The notes under the pieces: generated by a model
Databases searched by the model: none
Told to the model about the DNA's origin: nothing
What the model saw: only the letters and a program-made list of their open reading frames with translations
Shown here: in pieces, positions 8,193 through 11,493 of the stretch
Layout: the number at the start of each line of letters is the position of its first letter
How positions within the stretch are numbered: the stretch's first letter is position 1
Program-made: the position numbers and the translations under genes
From: Oligoflexales bacterium
GTDB lineage: Bacteria > Bdellovibrionota_B > Oligoflexia > Oligoflexales > Bog-1112
DNA length: 11,493 bases
Reading direction: 5' to 3'
Assembly (NCBI GenBank): GCA_045105515.1
Contig: JBGCDR010000430.1
Coordinates: 1 to 11,493, forward strand

Positions 8193-8732
8193 ATGATGAA
8201 TTTTCTTAAAATATTTATTGCTTCACTAATATTTATTAGTAACACCAGCATCTTTGCATCTGTTGATGAGACTACAGTAAACGCTTCCAATTCCTTTACC
8301 AGTCAATACAGTGAGGATCAACTTGAGGACCTCTTAAAACTCAGATTAGAATATGCTGAGTTTTATTTCAACCAGTACAACGAAAGGTTGTTTTATGTAT
8401 TTGTGACTCGTGCTAGTACCCTAGCAATGAAAATGAAAAATGATTTGGGTGTATTTTTGAAAGATTCCTTTAGCATAGATCAGATTAATTTATACATACA
8501 CCTTTCACAAAGGTATAATGGATATGTAGATTTATATTATTGTGATTTTGCCCCTCAACCTCTTAATAAGAAAAAAGCTAAACGCAATCCCTCAAAGCGA
8601 AGAAAAAATATTTGCAACCCTCAGGAAAATAGAGTCCCTGGTTCAGGGGAGATTTCTTGCTGTAATGGTATGAAGGATAATATCGACTATTTTTTACAAT
8701 CTTTTTTTAGATTTTATGTTGAAAATAATTAG
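8193..8732 (+). CDS. Hypothetical exported protein, 179 aa
   Basis: Signal peptide MMNFLKIFIASLIFISNTSIFA|S. No recognisable domain. C-terminal third is basic and contains several Cys. Confidence 0.7.
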   Translation: MMNFLKIFIASLIFISNTSIFASVDETTVNASNSFTSQYSEDQLEDLLKLRLEYAEFYFNQYNERLFYVFVTRASTLAMKMKNDLGVFLKDSFSIDQINLYIHLSQRYNGYVDLYYCDFAPQPLNKKKAKRNPSKRRKNICNPQENRVPGSGEISCCNGMKDNIDYFLQSFFRFYVENN

Positions 8733-9028
8733 TCGAAGCCATTCGCGATCTTACATCATCTAAACAACTTACCCAATTTTAAATAATTCAATTCCGTACT
8801 CGATGCTTGTTACAAATGATCTATCTCGAACAAGAAGGTGTAATTCAGAAAACAATTAAAAATATATTAATCAAGTATCATTTTATTTTAGTCCATTTTA
8901 ACTCGATCAAAAGCAAGTCTGGTTCAGGAGAATTGGTTCCATCGCAGTAGGGAGGGAGAGTTTACAATTGTTTAAAATCGGTTCACCAACATGGTTTTAA
9001 AGGATAAGATTAGAATTTAAAAATAAAT

Positions 9029-9763
9029 TTACAGATTATGAGATCCACAAATTTCAAATACAATATCATCCAGAATTTCAATCCATGGGTCTAATAAATC
9101 TGAATCAAATGTAAGAGAATTTCCTTTATGATAATTCCAACTACCTACTGATTCGAATGTATGATCTGCAGGATCAGTAATATCTTCTATCTGTTTATGT
9201 GATGCAAAATATGCTTGAGTTAAAAGGCTGTTGTCATATTGTTGAGCAGATTTTAAATAAAATCTAATCACGTTGTCAATTGAGTTATGTTTTTTTGAAA
9301 TCTTTAAGATTTCATCTTCGAAGAATTGGGCCTCAATTCTAGCTTCACTCAGCTTTGACCAGGCAGGACGAGCAAAATCTCTCCCAAGCCAATGTAAATT
9401 AACTCTGGCCTTGCTAATTCTATCCATAAAATCTGATAAATATGGATTGGTAGAATTTTTCAACTCATCTAAATCAAGTTCTAAAACACTAAACCAAGTT
9501 ATCATTGCGAAAATAAGGCTGTAAGCATGTTTTTTTCTTTCCAAACTTAGGATTTCAGGATCATCTGTATGAAAACTTGCTTCCCTTTGAGCAACGAATT
9601 TACGAAGGGAGTTTAATGAACATTCTAAAACTGCACTAAGAGGTTCTAACTCGGTCTCAAGATAAGGTTTTAAAGCACTATCGTCGATGTTATTTGCGGA
9701 TAAAGCGTATGTATTTGAAAAAATAGATATTATGGCAACAACGTACATTAAAGACTTCATCAT
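9029..9763 (-). CDS. Hypothetical exported protein, 244 aa, probably alpha-helical
   Basis: Signal peptide MMKSLMYVVAIISIFSNTYA|L and purine-rich AAGGGGAAAG upstream. No recognisable domain. Confidence 0.72.
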   Translation of the reverse strand: MMKSLMYVVAIISIFSNTYALSANNIDDSALKPYLETELEPLSAVLECSLNSLRKFVAQREASFHTDDPEILSLERKKHAYSLIFAMITWFSVLELDLDELKNSTNPYLSDFMDRISKARVNLHWLGRDFARPAWSKLSEARIEAQFFEDEILKISKKHNSIDNVIRFYLKSAQQYDNSLLTQAYFASHKQIEDITDPADHTFESVGSWNYHKGNSLTFDSDLLDPWIEILDDIVFEICGSHNL

Positions 9764-9937
9764 TTATTCTTTCCCTTTAACTGTGAAATCGGAAACTATA
9801 TTGTTATAGCATGGAAGTAAAGCTTTGAATTTTGCTAATCTAAGATCGTAGTCTATCACATCGAAAGTATTAGAAATAACATATCAAAGACTGAGAATTA
9901 ATTAAATGGATAAAAGAATGCTTAAAAGGAAATTAAG

Positions 9938-10714
9938 CTATTTGAGAGCGTTTTCAAATTTTTCAAGGATAACTGCCCAGCCTTTTTCATGATTGCCTCG
10001 CGATTCTTCAGAATCAAAGCCTTTGTGTGAAAGAATCACCTCAGTTTGATCTTCTCCATGTTTTTTAAATTCTATGGTCACCAAACTATCGATATTTTTC
10101 TGAAAGGGAGATATCCAGGAAAATTCAAGACGACTATATTTTTCTATGACCTTATACTTACCTTTATGAGGCATTTCTTGATCTCCGGCCTTCATTACAA
10201 TCAGAAAGCTCCCCCCCACTTCCGGAGAATTTTCAGCATGAGGCACCGTCATTCCCGGACCTGGACACATAAATAATTTTAGAGCCTCAGGATTGAGCCA
10301 TGCTTCAAAAGCTGCTTGTTGTGTAGCTTTCACAGTTCTTACGATTTGTAGGTTAAGAGTGGTCATCGTTAGATCCCTTTTATTTATGTTAATGTATTCG
10401 ACAAATGCTTCGAGGCGAGTACCCCAAAAATTTTGATATGTATGTAAATATTCGTAGCCTACTTGAAGTGATTCCCAGTTAGGACTTATGTAGTGAGTCC
10501 GCCAATCGATGCGCCGCTTCACAATATTTGCTCGTTCCATAATTTTGATATGCTTAGACACCCCATTCAGACTCATATCAAAGGCCTTAGCGACATCAGA
10601 AACCTTAAGCTCTTCAGATTCACGTAACAAGCTCAGAATATCACGACGTGTCGGATCGCTTATGACGAAAAAAAGCTTGTTGAGAATTTCAGATGAATCT
10701 GCCCCTGTTGCCAT
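9938..10714 (-). CDS. ArsR/SmtB-family HTH regulator fused in frame to an SRPBCC (AHSA1/START-like) domain
   Basis: N-half ISDPTRRDILSLL...VSDVAKAFDMSLNGVSKHIKIMERANIV is an ArsR wHTH. C-half AFEAWLNPEALKLF...VGGSFLIVM...RLEFSW...VTIEF...TEVILSH...HEKGWAVILEKF is AHSA1-like. AGGGAG RBS upstream. Confidence 0.9.
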   Translation of the reverse strand: MATGADSSEILNKLFFVISDPTRRDILSLLRESEELKVSDVAKAFDMSLNGVSKHIKIMERANIVKRRIDWRTHYISPNWESLQVGYEYLHTYQNFWGTRLEAFVEYININKRDLTMTTLNLQIVRTVKATQQAAFEAWLNPEALKLFMCPGPGMTVPHAENSPEVGGSFLIVMKAGDQEMPHKGKYKVIEKYSRLEFSWISPFQKNIDSLVTIEFKKHGEDQTEVILSHKGFDSEESRGNHEKGWAVILEKFENALK

Positions 10715-10726
10715 TTCATGCTCCCT

Positions 10727-10750
10727 TCATTCAACTATTCGGTTGAATGA
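10727..10750. promoter_or_regulatory. Probable autoregulatory operator of the ArsR-SRPBCC gene
   Basis: Perfect 9-6-9 palindrome TCATTCAAC-TATTCG-GTTGAATGA directly upstream of the RBS. Confidence 0.75.
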
Positions 10751-10837
10751 TTTAAAACTTGAGTCGTAGCACCATATTTTTGCCTATACTTCTGTATTGA
10801 TTACCTTAATTTCCCGGGATATATAAATTAAGCTATT

Positions 10838-11357
10838 TCAGTTCCCCTCAAATGATTTTGGAAAATAAAAGTCCAAGCTAAACCATTGATCTTTATAAGA
10901 TTGTTGCATACGTCCATGGATTTGCCCACATCTAAGCTTCATATTTTTTAAACCGTAGCCCAAGAGATTATTTTTCATCCTCCCTTTTTTGAGGCCATTA
11001 TTTTCAATTTTTAAGTGAAGTGTGTTAATTCCAACATCCCTAAGAGAAAAGTTGCATTCGGTTGCTTCTGAATGTTTACTAATATTATGGCAGGCTTCTT
11101 GGAGGATGCGAAATATTCCAATTTTTTGAGCATCCTGAAATTCATGTTCAACATCAAAATAAATATTCTTTTTCAGATCTTTTGAGATAAACCATTCTAA
11201 ACATTCCTTTAGTGAGGTTTCCAAACCTTTCTCAAAAAGGAAATTTGGATATAGATTTTTGTAAATAAACGATATTTCTTTACTTGCTGTACGCACTAAT
11301 TTACGGCAGACCTTCACCTCTTCGTCATCCTTTGCAGGGATCATTGATAGTCTAATA
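10838..11357 (-). pseudogene. 3' remnant of a NarX/UhpB-like (HisKA_3 + HATPase_c) sensor histidine kinase, interrupted by the terminal repeat
   Basis: LYPNFLFEKGLETSL (end of HisKA_3), N-box IFRILQEACHNISKHS, altered G1 IENNG and G2 GYGLKNMKLR. There is no H-box or sensor domain. The first 7 codons of the called ORF (start 11380) belong to the repeat. Confidence 0.78.
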
Positions 11358-11493
11358 TTTCTAGTTTGGACAAACCACATTTAAGCCTCCTGACTCATAG
11401 ATTCAGAATAGAGACAAATTAATTCTGAAAAAAATGCTTATCCAACAACATTTTTGTAGTTTCGAACGGTTTTTTTTATAATGCATTAGCAGC
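11358..11493. repeat. Right copy of the 136-bp perfect inverted repeat; probable IS-like element end
   Basis: Exact reverse complement of 5..140, running off the window edge. CTAG at 11361-11364. Confidence 0.9.

Noticed and set aside
9273..9524. 83-aa plus-strand ORF
   Set aside because: Antisense shadow fully inside the 244-aa gene.
10046..10769. Plus-strand ORFs 10046..10276 and 10509..10769
   Set aside because: Antisense shadows of the well-supported ArsR-SRPBCC gene.

Overview
AT-rich bacterial window, probably a whole contig. It is bounded by two identical 136-bp sequences in inverted orientation (5..140 and 11358..11493) that look like the same end of a multicopy insertion element, each lying next to a CTAG site. 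The right copy cuts off the N-terminal part of a NarX-like histidine kinase gene and supplies an in-frame RBS and ATG. Between the repeats lie an FAD-linked D-2-hydroxyacid dehydrogenase, a TauD-family dioxygenase and five consecutive proteins with signal peptides: two with degenerate Nudix boxes, one HAD-like phosphatase and two orphans. REP-like and MITE-like palindromic elements sit between the three hydrolase genes. An in-frame ArsR-SRPBCC fusion with its own operator palindrome precedes the kinase remnant. The best candidate for an undescribed system is the co-oriented Nudix-HAD-Nudix trio of exported phosphohydrolase-like proteins. All functional calls come from motif reading, not database searches.
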